Source of the DNA: Octopus vulgaris
Taxonomy: Eukaryota
Length of the DNA stretch: 64,000 bases
Direction of reading: 5' to 3'
NCBI GenBank assembly: GCA_951406725.2
Contig: OX597828.1
Coordinates: forward strand, 71,052,001 to 71,116,000
Position 1 is the stretch's first letter. Each line of letters begins with the position of its first letter. Positions 1 to 12,592 of the stretch are shown here, one piece after another. A model generated the notes under the pieces. The model saw only the letters and a program-made list of their open reading frames with translations. It was not told where the DNA came from and ran no database searches. The translations under genes and the position numbers were made by a program.

Positions 1-116
1 GACAGGGCTGGAGTGTGGAGTGTGTAGCTGGGGGTGTTTTGAGGTGGGAGTGGGGTTGGGTATGCTGGCATGTCGTGTCCATGATGCTACAAACCTGTCC
101 CTTTCTACTCCTTTAG

Positions 117-182
117 GTCTCACATCACATGGTGAAGATCCAAAGAAATCTCAAGCTGTAGAACTGGCTAAACACATTTCAG
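117..182 (+). CDS. SON: SON-like protein, internal exon (end of G-patch region, GLTSHGEDPKKSQAVELAKHIS)
   Basis: tttag|GT...TCAG|gtattt, phase 1 to 1. Joins in frame to the GKHP exon, paralleling SON 'GLVAVGE...KDLSGKHPVSAL'. Confidence 0.8.
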
Positions 183-231
183 GTATTTATGCTTTTTATT
201 TTTCTTTACTTACCACCTTGACTGACTGACT

Positions 232-1482
232 GACCACCTGGCTGGATGGACTGTGGTCTCACTGGCCACCTGGCTGGATGGACTGTGGTCTCACTGGCCA
301 CCTGGCTGGATGGACCGTGGTCTCACTGGCCACCTGGCTGGATGGACCGTGGTCTCACTGGCCACCTGGCTGGATGGACCGTGGTCTCACTGGCCACCTG
401 GCTGGATGGACTGTGGTCTCACTGGCCACCTGGCTGGATGGACTGTGGTCGCACTGGCCACCTGGCTGGATGGACTGTGGTCTCACTGGCCACCTGGCTG
501 GATGGACTGTGGTCTCACTGGCCACCTGGCTGGATGGACTGTGGTCTCACTGGCCACCTGGCTGGATGGACCGTGGTCTCACTGGCCACCTGGCTGGATG
601 GACCGTGGTCTCACTGGCCACCTGGCTGGATGGACCGTGGTCTCACTGGCCACCTGGCTGGATGGACTGTGGTCTCACTGACCACCTGGCTGGATGGACT
701 GTGGTCTCACTGGCCACCTGGCTGGATGGACTGTGGTCTCACTGGCCACCTGGCTGGATGGACTGTGGTCTCACTGACCACCTGGCTGGATGGACTGTGG
801 TCGCACTGGCCACCTGGCTGGATGGACTGTGGTCTCACTGGCCACCTGGCTGGATGGACTGTGGTCTCACTGGCCACCTGGCTGGATGGACTGTGGTCTC
901 ACTGGCCACCTGGCTGGATGGACTGTGGTCTCACTGGCCACCTGGCTGGATGGACTGTGGTCTCACTGGCCACCTGGCTGGATGGACTGTGGTCTCACTG
1001 GCCACCTGGCTGGATGGACTGTGGTCTCACTGGCCACCTGGCTGGATGGACTGTGGTCTCACTGGCCACCTGGCTGGATGGACTGTGGTCTCACTGGCCA
1101 CCTGGCTGGATGGACTGTGGTCTCACTGGCCACCTGGCTGGATGGACTGCGGTCTCACTGGCCACCTGGCTGGATGGATGGACTGCGGTCTCACTGGCCA
1201 CCTGGCTGGATGGACTGCGGTCTCACTGGCCACCTGGCTGGATGGACTGTGGTCTCACTGGCCACCTGGCTGGATGGACTGTGGTCTCACTGGCCACCTG
1301 GCTGGATGGACTGTGGTCTCACTGGCCACCTGGCTGGATGGACTGTGGTCTCACTGGCCACCTGGCTGGATGGACTGTGGTCTCACTGGTACCTGGCTGG
1401 ATGGACTGTGGTCTCACTGGTACCTGGCTGGATGGGCTGTGGTCTCACTGGCCACCTGGCTGGATGAATCCACCTCACTGAC
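232..1482. repeat. 32-bp minisatellite (ccacctggctggatggactgtggtctcactgg), roughly 39 copies, in SON intron
   Basis: Head-to-tail near-identical units without spacers; source of the 411-aa artefact ORFs. Confidence 0.97.
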
Positions 1483-1714
1483 CATTTGGCTGAACTTGAC
1501 AATGTTCTTTTGATTATATATGTAAGGCATCAATACAATACACACACATACACTCGTGTACAATTACCTATCCAACAAACCGTTATAAACATCTCAAGTT
1601 TATGCATTCCTTCACAGACGGATTTCCAGGAGTTGTGGCATTTTGCTGCACTTGAGATGTGCCAAGCTAAGTAAACTCGCCGCCACCCATAGATATAAAG
1701 GCTTCTCCTTTACA

Positions 1715-1945
1715 GGTGCCAGTGCCACATAAAATGCACTCGTGCCAGTGGCGTGTATACTGCACCCAGCTCACTCTGTAAAGTGGTTGGCGTGTTAGGA
1801 AGGGTATCCCAGCCTGAGAAACCATGCCACAACAGACAATTGAAGTCTGGACATCTCCCCGGCTGACCCTCTCCAGTCAAACCGTCCAACCCATACCAGC
1901 ATGGAAAACATGTTAAATGATGATGATGATGATGATGATGATGTC
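1715..1945 (+). mobile_element. SINE 3' portion with RTE-type tail and (GAT)n end
   Basis: gtggttggcg..aggaaggg.atccagc...aacccat.c.agcatggaaa...gttaaatgatgatg, shared with copies at 25.7, 27.6 and 40.5 kb. Confidence 0.7.
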
Positions 1946-2576
1946 ATTACCATTTTACAAAAATGGCAGCCTAATTGTTGGTACACCAGATGAAATGCTT
2001 CTTTTAGCTGATTACGTTCTGAGTTCAAATTTTGCTGAAGTCAGCTTTGATTTTTATCCTTTCAAGGTTGGTAAGATAAAGTACCAGCTGAATACTGAGG
2101 TTCATGTAATCGACTGACCCCTTCTCGCAAGACAATTTCTGACTTTATGAGAGAAAGAATTAAGTCTTGTCAAAGTCAACTGTTCCTGTCACCGTCCCAT
2201 GGTCAATATAATTGACTAATTACTATCTTACCACTACCCCCACCCCCACCCGAAATTTGAAGCATAGAATGTATCTTGTTTCAGTCTTCAGACTGCAGCC
2301 ATGCTGGGGCACCACCTTGATGAACTTTTAGTTGAGCAACTCGACCTTTTTTCTTTGTAAAGCCTGGCACTTATTCTGTCAGTCTCTTTGCTGAACCGCT
2401 AAGTTACCAGGATGCAAACACACCAGCATCACTTGTCAAGTGGTCATAGGGGACAGACACAGACATATGCACTCATCGATATAAATCTAAATTAAAGTAA
2501 TTCCTCACCATTTCACAATTTATTATTTAAGTTTACGTCGATTCCTTCTTGGTGTTGTTTTGCATTTATAATAAAA

Positions 2577-2970
2577 CTAGCAGTATCGCCCGGCGTTGCT
2601 CGGGTTTGTAAGGGAAATAACTATATAAGCATTTTTAGAGATGTAAAGTATAATAGCCATCTCAATATGGCTAACCACAAAGGGGGGGCTTACTGTAGCT
2701 TTTTACGTTCTGAGATTTAATAATACATTTTAGAGAGTTACTTCCCTTATATAATAGCAGAAAAATTCATTACAAATGGGAAAAAATGATGGTAAATTTT
2801 TTTTTAAATCGTAGACTCATCGTAGACACACGTTAATACCCAGAAGGGCTCGATATGAATCGCGACTATAAGATACCCGCTTTTGGTTAAACTGCACTGC
2901 AAAATGTGGGAGTAGTTAGGAATCTAAATCGTAGGAGACAGACACACAGCTTCACTTTTATATATAAAGA
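2577..2970 (-). mobile_element. Non-autonomous Helitron, copy 1
   Basis: On the minus strand: 5' TC start, 3' hairpin cccgagcaacgccggg then CTAG, inserted between A and T; homologous to 8429-8813 and 10174-10571. Confidence 0.85.
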
Positions 2971-3441
2971 TAAATATATACAAATCATAAAAATAATTTT
3001 AAAAATGTACAGTACTGTTTCTACTTCACGGATTTTCACCTATTTGCAGTGTGTGTGGCGGGGGGGGGGGACATAGCATTTGCAATAGTCGAGGGATTAC
3101 TGTATATACACTGCAGGCTTCTTTCAGTTTCCGTCTATCAAATTCACTCAAAAGACTTTGGTTTACCCGAGACACTTGTCTGAAGTATCATGCAGTGGGC
3201 CTGAACCCAGAACCGTGTGGTTGGGAAGCAAACTTCTTACCACACAGCCACACCTGTGCCTATATTAAGTAATGCGATAAATATTGGACAGGTGTTGATC
3301 GGATTCCACTCCTCTTCCTCTTCTTCCAAAATTTGTTGCTTTTTACAATTGTCTCACTTTTTTCTTTTTTCTTTTTTTTCCCTATTTTTGTATTTTTTTA
3401 AATTCAAGCTAAAATTAATGAAATGTGTTTGTTATCGTCAG

Positions 3442-3557
3442 GTAAACATCCTGTCTCTGCTTTGGTTGAACTAAGCAACAAATTAAAGTGGGGTGCTCCG
3501 ATATTCCAGCAGATTGAAGAGAGGGGCCCCGACCACAAAAAGACTTTTAAATACAAG
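3442..3557 (+). CDS. SON: SON-like protein, dsRNA-binding motif N-half (GKHPVSALVELSNKLKWGAPIFQQIEERGPDHKKTFKYK)
   Basis: cag|GT...AAG|gtaagc. The GKHPVSAL..W..P.F....GPDH.K.F signature matches the SON C-terminal DSRM. Confidence 0.9.
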
Positions 3558-3705
3558 GTAAGCATCCTCCTTATATTCACTACCATCACCACCACCCACC
3601 CTACCACATCATCATCAACCGTGCATATACATAAATCTATTTTGTGTTCCCTTTCAGAACATACAAAATCTCTACTACCCGCCCCCATCCACCAATTTTC
3701 TATAC

Positions 3706-4112
3706 TCTTACTCTTTTACTCTTTTACTTGTTTCAGTCATATGACTGCGGCCATGCTGGAGCACTGCCTTTAATCGAGTAACTCGACCCCGGGACTTATT
3801 CTTTTGTAAGCCCAGTACTTATTCTATCGGTCTCTTTTGCCGAACCACTAAGTAACGGGGACATAAACACACCAGTATCAGTTGTCAAGCAATGCTAGGG
3901 GAACAAACACACACACGCATATATATATATATATATATACATATATACGACGGACTTCTTTCAGTTTCCGTCTACCAAATCCACTCACAAGGCATTGGTC
4001 GGCCTGAGGCTATAGTAGAAGACACTTGCCCAAGGTGCCACGCAGTGGGACTGAACCTGGAACCGTGTGGTTGATAAACAAGCTACTTACCACACAGCCA
4101 CTCCTGCGCCTC
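3706..4112 (-). mobile_element. tRNA-derived SINE family A (head, core, TA/CA microsatellite, 3' tail)
   Basis: Minus strand head ggcgcaggagtggctgtgtggtaag...ggttcagtcccact (A/B-box-like); near-identical copies at 10.9, 14.6, 17.0, 23.3 and 57.3 kb. Confidence 0.85.
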
Positions 4113-5234
4113 TATTTATATTTCTTTGTTTCTTCTATTGATTAATATTCATGGAACTTTAACAAAATCCCTCTCCCTCCCTCTCTCTCTCGAACACACT
4201 CTCTGCTCCTATTTGCTCTGTGATCTATCAGGGGGTACCCCTATTTGTCACTCAACCTGCTAGAAATAGCAACCAAATCTCAATTCACATCCTATTGTCT
4301 TGAGAAAAAACCAAACCAAGGTACATTCGGCAATGTTTTCTTAGATACACTATCTAAATAATGATGGATGGTCATTGCTGGAATGCCTTTGATCATAGGT
4401 CCGATGAAACAGGATTGACTTGTGACTGAACAACAACAACAACAATGACACATTGACACAATGACACAACAATGACACATTATCTAATATAGTCTTAGAT
4501 ACACAATGTCTAAATAAGAGAGAATAGTCACAGCTGGAACATCTTTGATCCTAGGTCTCCTGGATCAGGACTGACCTGGGGCTAAACTACACCATCACCA
4601 CCATTACCAACGCAATCTGTTTCCTTGTGTTCAGTTTGCTGCCAATCATCTAAATCTGTGCTATTTTGTAATTACCATATTTGCTGCTGGTGTTGAACCC
4701 TGCCTCCCCTGTTTTATAAGTATATTTTGTGGGAAAGTTCTGTTTCAGTATACACTTAGTGAAAGACATTTAAGTTTTGTGGGGGGAAAAGGTGTGATTT
4801 TGTGCTGTAAATACAATACTCTGACAGTTTACTGGAATAAAGTATGAAACCATACATTTATCATTAGTAAACTACATCAACACAAGTTCCGTATTTCAAT
4901 TTTCACCTTGTTTTAAATCCCCCGTACAGGTGATAATATTTTGGCCAAGAGAATTGTCACACAGGATGTAAAAGCCTTTATTTCTGGCCATGTCCCGTGT
5001 GGGGTTTGCTGTTAAACCATTCATTACAAATAGGTGATCAAGGGATGAGAATTTAACATTCCTTTCATCTTTCTAGGAGAATTTTTCAATTAGTTTTCTA
5101 AAGGCAACACAGGTATTAAATAATGTAAGATGCATATCAGGTGTGGCTTTTATATATGCTGGAGATGGAGGTATAATGAGATGATGGGGCTTCCCCACGT
5201 AAACTATTGACATACTAAGCAATTTTTCATGACT

Positions 5235-5572
5235 TAAGAGTAAAGGGTAAAAGGATTAAGACCCCTTCTGGTCGTGAATGACCATCGGATTGCACCTAGA
5301 AAGTTCCCCTCCAAGGTACAAGTCCAGGCAAGGTTGTTTTCTGGAAGGCCAGCAACCACCCATGCATACCAGCACCCCACTCTCCACACCACCGATGTTA
5401 TCCAAGGGAAAGGCAAAGGGGCCGATACAGCTTGGCACCAGTTGGGTGAACTGGAGCAACATGAAATGAAATGTCTTGCTCAAGAATACAACACACAGCC
5501 TGGTACGGGAATCGAACTCACAGCCTCGTGATTGTGAGCTTGATGCTCTAGCTACTGGGCCATGCAGCTTCA
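5235..5572 (-). mobile_element. tRNA-derived SINE family B
   Basis: Head tggcccagtagctagagc...gagttcgattccc plus gtgttgt.ttcttgagcaagacattt core; related copies at 24880-25200, 47950-48220 and 62290-62600. Confidence 0.7.
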
Positions 5573-5807
5573 AGTTAGCACTAACAGGTTATTTTATTAT
5601 TGTGCCTAGTGGACCCGTGGCCGTCCAGCACCTTAATCTATAAAACTCCGTCTCCCATCTGCAATGGACTCAGGACAATCTTTTGATACATTAAAAAACA
5701 TTAAAAAAAAGCCCATCTTGTATTAACCAGCAAACCATGCTAAAACCACTTTCTGTTGTTCAGTGATAGTAAAACCGTTTTCCTTTTTGTATTCTTCTTA
5801 TTTTCAG

Positions 5808-5933
5808 GTTTCTGTCAACAACATCACATACCAACCGACCACTTCGAGCAACAGCAAGAAGACAGGCCGTGCCAAAGCCGCTATTGTTTGTCTTCACAAT
5901 CTCGGCTTGCTGCCCAAAGAATTCTCAGTATAA
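5808..5933 (+). CDS. SON: SON-like protein, terminal exon (VSVNNITYQPTTSSNSKKTGRAKAAIVCLHNLGLLPKEFSV*)
   Basis: Polypyrimidine tract plus ttttcag acceptor, phase 0. Completes DSRM helix 2. TAA at 5931-5933. Confidence 0.9.
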   Translation, partial: VSVNNITYQPTTSSNSKKTGRAKAAIVCLHNLGLLPKEFSV

Positions 5934-6888
5934 TAGTCTCCTTAGATCTATCCCCCACCCCCCACAACTCCAACTCCAACTTTCTTATTTTCCATGCAAA
6001 AAATGTTTCAGTTATTTCTTTCTGTTTGTTAAACTACAAGAACAGCAACAAACCGCTATTACTACTTCTACTACTACTACGACAACAGTAACAAGAACAA
6101 TAACATAGCTGAGCTGATTACAACACCACCACCACCACCACTACCACCACCACCACCATCTGACAGTAATCTTCCTTTCCGTATGATTTTAGGGGGTTTT
6201 TTTTTCTTTCTCCTTCTCCTGTTAATTTCTTCACCGCATTTAGTAACCTTGGTGAAGGGACTCAGTTGGTATATATTTATATATAAATATATATATATAT
6301 ATACACACATATATATATTCACACACATATATACTTGCACATATATACAATATACATGTATTTGCAGACAGACAGACAGACAGACATATATGTATATATA
6401 TTCACACATATTTACATGTAACACGTATATGTGTGTGTGTGTGTGTGTGTGTGAAATAGATGTGTGTGTTCATGTATAAGTGTGTGTGTGTATGTGTGTG
6501 TGTGTATATATATATGTATGTATATATATTTGAGAGTTAGAAACAAATTTTGTATTTAATTACACAAAAACATTGAAAAGTCTTTAAATATTTCTTTTGT
6601 TTCTTTGTTTACATTTTTTTTTCTTTTCATTTGAAACCATAAAAAAAAAAGGAAAAAAAAAACCAAAACATGCCCACCCCCCACAAAAATTGGATTTTGA
6701 CAAGTCACCGTTTCCTCTAGTTTAAATCTGAGAGCTTGACCTATTCTGTGGAGATTTAAGCTGTAGTTGATCACTTGCAACTCTAAGCACCAAACGATGA
6801 TCATGCAAGAAAAGACGTAATTTCACAACAAAAAACTATATTGTATTCGCTTGTGTTTTTTTTTTATTTATAAATGTCCTCTGGTTGA

Positions 6889-6894
6889 AATAAA
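6889..6894 (+). terminator. Candidate polyadenylation signal AATAAA for SON-like gene
   Basis: AATAAA about 950 nt after the stop, followed by T-rich sequence; repeats resume just downstream. Confidence 0.45.
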
Positions 6895-8428
6895 ATCTAT
6901 GCTTATATAATTATAGACACTCAATTGCTTTCATTTTTTACTTCTCTGCATTGCGTGGTGAGAGGTTTGTTCCTCAACCACATCGGTCGAGAGTCAGTTC
7001 CACTGCATGGACCCTTGGCCAACTGTTTTACAGCCACGGAGGCTTGTGAGTGGGTTTGGTGGACAGAAACTGAGAGAAGCCCATTGTGTGTGTGTGAGAG
7101 ACACCTGTCGAGCCAAGTGAAATCATAGTCCTGGCTGATGCTGGTGGCACATAACTGACACTTGTCCTGGTGGCACGTAACTGACACTCGTGCTGGTGGC
7201 ATGTAAAAAGCACCCATTACACTCTTATGGTGGTTGGTATTCGTATCCAGCCATAGAAACTCTGCCAAACCAGACTGGAGCCTGGTTCCACTCACTGACT
7301 TACCAGTTCCCCTCATGTGGAAAGCAGACGTTGAATGATGATGATGATGAATGGTGTTTGCCCTCCACTACTGCTTTACAAATAGTGTTGGTTTGTTTAT
7401 AGTTGTGTAACTTGTGGTTCAGCAAAAAAAGGCTGATAGAGAAGGTCCCAGGCCTTAAAAAATAAGTACTAAACTCTTCGAGGCAGTGCCCCAGCATGGC
7501 CAAGTCCGATGACTGAAACAAAAGAGAAAAATATTTCTTGAAATTCATTGTCCTCACTTGATGTGTCGGAGGTTTCTCTGCTGGCAGAGGTTGGACAGCT
7601 TGCCAGAGGACTGCACCAAGCTCCAGTCACTACTTTGGCTTGGTTTCTACTGCTGGGTGCCATTCCTAACATCAGCCTTTTTACAGAATGTACTGGGTGC
7701 TTTCTGCGTGGCCCCAGCACCAGTAAGGTTGCCAAATAACTTGTAATACTTGAAGGCAACTCAGGGTGAGGCTTGTAGTATTGAGGGGGCAGGTGTCTTT
7801 CTGAGAGGTTAAGGCATGATAGAGGAACAGGAAACACATGTCTTACTGTAAGGGAGGCTCATGGTTACCCTTGTTGGAAACGATAAAGGATGGTAAGAAT
7901 GTATCAGAGCATTCCTGACTCCTCATCGTCATTCTGCTTTATCTGGTTTCCATGCTGGTATAAGTTGCATGGACCATCACAATCCAAGTCAGTTCTTACT
8001 CAGAATCACTGCTGACCAGCCAGAGATCAGAGAGCCACATCTTGTTCAGATGTTTCATGTCTGGCTTGGCTTCTCTCGCTGAACATCCTTCATGTTGCCA
8101 ACCGTTACACACAACGTACTGAGTATGTTTTTCTCCTGGCACCAGCACTAAAAGAGGTCATTATGCCCTCAACAAGACGACACTTAAGACTCCTCGACAT
8201 CTGGATTACAATCCATAAAACTGAATTCAGTAGGTTACAGACATTGAGTGGTTCCACAAGGTTTAGGTTCCTTCCATTTTGTCTTCCAATATATTTACCC
8301 CCATGTAGGGCAGCGAGCTGGCGAAATTGTTGGCAGACATGGGTTGTGTTCCTCAGGATTGTTTTGTGTTGGGAATTTGATTAATGAGAAGGTTAATAGT
8401 AGAAGATCGTTTTTATGTGCAGGAATAA

Positions 8429-8813
8429 TCTTTATATATAAAAGTGAAGTTGTGTGTCTGTCTCCTACGATTTAGATTCCTAACTACTCCCACATTTTGC
8501 GGTGCAGTTTAACCAAAACCGGGTATCTTATAGTTGTGATTCATATCGAGCCCTTCTGGGTATTAGCGCGCGTCTACGATGAGTCTACGATTTTTTAAAT
8601 AATTTACTATCACTTTTTTCCATTTTAATGCATTTTTTCGCTATTATATAAGGGAAGTAACTCTCTAAAAATGTCTAAGATGAGTCAACGATTTTACCAT
8701 CATTTTTTTCCATTTTTAATCCATTTTTTTGCTATTTTTTGGCTATAACTCTCTACAAATGCTTTATAGTTATTTCCCTTACAAACCCGAGCAACGCCGG
8801 GCGATACTGCTAG
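8429..8813 (+). mobile_element. Non-autonomous Helitron, copy 2
   Basis: A|TCTTTATATATAAAAG ... cccgagcaacgccggg...CTAG|T. Confidence 0.88.
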
Positions 8814-9516
8814 TTAATTATAATCCTATGATGAGGTTACTATTACTTGTATTATGTATTTGTAACATAGGAATTCCTTCTGTTATGTTCAGAGTTCAAA
8901 TCCCACTGAGGCCGACTTTGCCTTTTATCTCTTTTGGTTTTTATAAAATAAGTACCAGCTGAGCATTGGGGGGTCAATGTGACTTAACCCCTCCCCTCAA
9001 ATTGCTGACCTTGTGTCAAAATTTAAAAGCAATATACTTATCCCTTATCAAATTTGTTCCTCTCCCATCTCTGTATTTTTTTTTTTTTTATATTTGATAA
9101 GACTTGACCGTGAAAGGACAATTTGATTATATAATGGCGACTGTCTGCATGCTTTTCGTTTAGGCCCAAATCGATCTATTTAAGATCAAAAACTCTCGCC
9201 AAACCCTCTTGTCTTTTTTTACTCCAAACTGTGTATCTAAAACCATTTAACAGTGGTGTTCTATTCCCAAAATGCTTGTATCTGATATGAAGGAGATTTG
9301 GCTATTCATGAAAAACCACATAGTCACACATTGGTTCAGTCTTATCAGTAACAGATAACCAGATCAATGTGGTTTAATCTCGGACCAAATTCCTCCTAGC
9401 TGTCCGTAATAGGGACGAGAACTGACAGGGGAGATAACGTTTGAAGTATGAGTTATTTCCCTTGGATTATGTTTTTCACTTCAAATGTTTTCCTTTCATA
9501 ATTTTATTGATATCCA

Positions 9517-9730
9517 AGGCGGAGAGCTGGCAAAGTCGTTAGCACGCTGGACGATATGCTTGCCGGTATTTCGCCCGTCGCTACGTTCTGAGTTCAAATT
9601 CCGCCGTGGTATTTTCCTTTCATCCTTTCGGGATCGATAACTTAAGTTCCAATAAAATTCTGAGGTGGATGTAATCGACTAGTGCCCCTCCCCCCAAAAC
9701 TTCAGGTCCTGTGCCTATAATATAAAGGGT
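9517..9730 (+). mobile_element. SINE family C with conserved central domain (Meta/MESC-like)
   Basis: ggcggagagctggca...gttctgagttcaaattcc...cctttcatcctttcggg.tcgataa; copies at 32893-33130 and 59985-60205. Confidence 0.7.
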
Positions 9731-10173
9731 AATTCTATTGATATCTAGAATGTGTTGGTAGGTCTATGCCGTATGAGTCTGGCCAGTATTTCGCTGATGC
9801 TTTAACAGCTTCGAAGAGAGGAACATTAAAGTCGGATTCCGAACGTAAAGAGTTCTGAATAAATCCTCAATGTATGTATACGATGTGCCAACGACTTTGT
9901 ACCTTCGTAGCGTTTAGATGAAGGTTGGCAAGGTTACGGGTGGATATCCACGAAACCTAGTTTTCATTAGCTCTGTGGTGAGAAGTTTGTGCATATATAT
10001 ATATATTTAAATTTTAAATGAGGGTGAGAAATTAGATATTAATTTAATTAACATCGATTTCACACAAGTGGTCTAGCAGAACATTTCTTAGTGGTAAGAC
10101 CATAGCGGATCTATTTCTAGCATAAGGGTGTCCATATAGTGGTTTCCCTCTAATATGTGTATATATATATATA

Positions 10174-10571
10174 TCTTTATATATAAAAGTGAGGTTGTGT
10201 GTCTGTCTCCTACGATTTAGATTCCTAACTACTCTCACATTTTGCGGTGCAGTTTAACCAAAACCGGGTATCTTATAGTCGTGATTCATATCGAGCCCTT
10301 CTGGGTATTAGCGCGCGTCTACGATGAGTCTACGATTTTTTTTTAAAATTACCATAATTTTTTTCCATTTTAATGCATTTTTTTGGCTATTATATAAGGG
10401 AAGTAACTCTCTAAAAATGTCTACGATGAGTCAACGATTTTAAAAAAAATTACCATCATTTTTTATTCCATTTTTAATGCATTTTTTGCTATTTTTTTGC
10501 TATAACTCACTAAAAATGCTTATATAGTTATTTCCCTTACAAACCCGAGCAACGCCGGGCGATACTGCTAG
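10174..10571 (+). mobile_element. Non-autonomous Helitron, copy 3
   Basis: TC...hairpin...CTAG, inserted in a (TA)n tract. Confidence 0.88.
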
Positions 10572-10857
10572 TATATATATAATTCAGTTAGAGGTTATGT
10601 TGGGCTCTTAAACGAATGGTGTCATCCGAGGAAATACTGGTTCGATACCTAATACTTTGGGGGAATTGATTTTCCTTAAAATAATAGATTTGTATATGAA
10701 CTGTAGTTTATATTCAAGCAAAAGAAAAAAGAAGAAAATGGAGATTTTGAATTTAATATTCAATTAACTTCACTGTGCTTAATTGAGACAGGTGTAAGGG
10801 ATAATGAGATCGATTTGTTGCTAATCAGAAATTCTTAACTTCAAAATCTCCATTTTC

Positions 10858-11039
10858 TTTGCGGCCCATGCTGGAGCACCGCCTTTGGTCGAGCAAATCG
10901 ACCCCAGAACTTATTCTTTATAAGCTTTATACTTATTCTATAGGTCTCTTTTGCCGAACTGCTACGTTACGGGGACGTAAACACACCAACACCGGTTGTC
11001 AAGCGATGGTGGGGGGACAAGCACAGACACACACACAAA

Positions 11040-11106
<67 letters not shown>

Positions 11107-11233
11107 GTATGTATGTATGACAGGCTTCTTTCAGTTTCCGTCCACCAAATCCACTCACAAGGCTTTGGTCGGCCCGAGGCTATAGTAGAAGATACCTTCC
11201 CAAGGTGCCACGTAGTAGAACTGAACCTGGAAC
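10858..11233 (-). mobile_element. SINE family A copy (5'-truncated)
   Basis: Homology to 3706-4112. Confidence 0.8.
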
Positions 11234-12380
11234 TATATATATATATATATATATATATTATATTAAATTAGAGATAAAACCACTACTAGGCAAATCAAAC
11301 AGTGAAAATCATAAGCCAATACATAGAAATAAAATTAATTTTAAAAAATATATAAAATTCCAAATTAAAATATTTAAGTTAAAGTTAAAATATAAAAAAT
11401 TATTTAAATAATTTAAACTTATAATTTTTAAATATATATATATATTTATTATTATTTTATTTTATTTATTCATTTTTTTATTTTTTTATTTTTTTTTTTA
11501 ATTATATAACTATCAAAAAGTATTAAAAGTTTAGACTCAACCTGCTTTGTTTTGCCGTTTCTATGTATTCTGGGACTTATCTAACCCAAGGGTCCAGCCG
11601 AATGAAACTCTGGCTATGATACGAGAACTCATCGCTGTTACATTTTTTTGCCGTCGTTATATGTGTGTGTGTGTAATATCGTGTGTACACGTCATTTCTC
11701 AGCTTTGTTACTTTTAGGAAATGTATCCATGACGACGGAATCGCAGCATAAAAATATCTTTATTAATCTTGGATTTTTTTCTTTCATTAATGTTTTCTCA
11801 CTTTATTTTATTTCTTTTTTTCCTCAAACCAAACAAATTATAATTCTTACCATTGAATGGAACCCTTAGCAACCTCTTCGAGACCTCGGATTCTGAGATA
11901 CCTCATTTGGGAAACCCTAGTGGCGATCCTTCGGTATAGGTCTCCTGACTATCGCTATTAAGAGACAATGGTCATTCAGCCAAGCTTCTTTATCTATGTC
12001 ATGAGAGAAGGTTGTGTGGATGAATAATGTCGTCTACTAATACCGAAGGATTGCCACACTAGTTTTATCGCGTTTAATTCTAATATTGACTCAAATATTC
12101 CCACGATGTGTTCGTGGGAGGTGTATAATGAGGTGCTTTATTATGACATGTTACAAAGTAAATTCAAGATGGAACATTCCAGCAATTACTCCAACCACCT
12201 GTGGAACGCTTGTTAACTCCCCGCCGGATTTGGACTATTTTCAAACAGGAAGGATATTTTAGGAGTGACAAATGTTCTCCCAAAATCACCAATTCTTCCA
12301 AAATGACATTTGCGTGTTTGTGAAGAGAGAAGAGACAGAGACAGAGCTTATTGTCAAGGGAGATAACCGAGGAAGATTTT

Positions 12381-12393
12381 GTCGCTTAGCAAC
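12381..12393 (+). promoter_or_regulatory. RFX X-box (GTCGCTTAGCAAC), putative CFAP61 promoter
   Basis: Fits GTNRCY-N-RGYAAC in a CpG-richer stretch about 200 nt upstream of a strong splice donor; RFX control of ciliary genes is established. Confidence 0.6.
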
Positions 12394-12399
12394 AAGGTT

Positions 12400-12592
12400 T
12401 CATGACACTTTGATATTTCGTTTCCATTCATTTGTGAAACGATTGAAACAGTTTAATTTCTCTGATAAAATTTGTCTTTTCTTCCGCTATATCCCGTCAC
12501 AGTCCGTTCTGTACCGTTTTTAATTCGTTACGTTCCGTTACACTCCGCTAGCAACTAGTAATATTCGTAAACAATATTTTATTTTATATCAG
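12400..12592 (+). other. Candidate non-coding first exon of CFAP61 (start approximate)
   Basis: Consensus donor CAG|GTAAGA at 12592/3; the ATG exon at 18.2 kb is preceded by an acceptor and so needs an upstream exon. Confidence 0.45.

Noticed and set aside
232-1513. CRISPR array or 411-aa repetitive protein
   Set aside because: No unique spacers and no cas genes. ORFs in all three frames come from a stop-poor 32-bp unit inside an intron.
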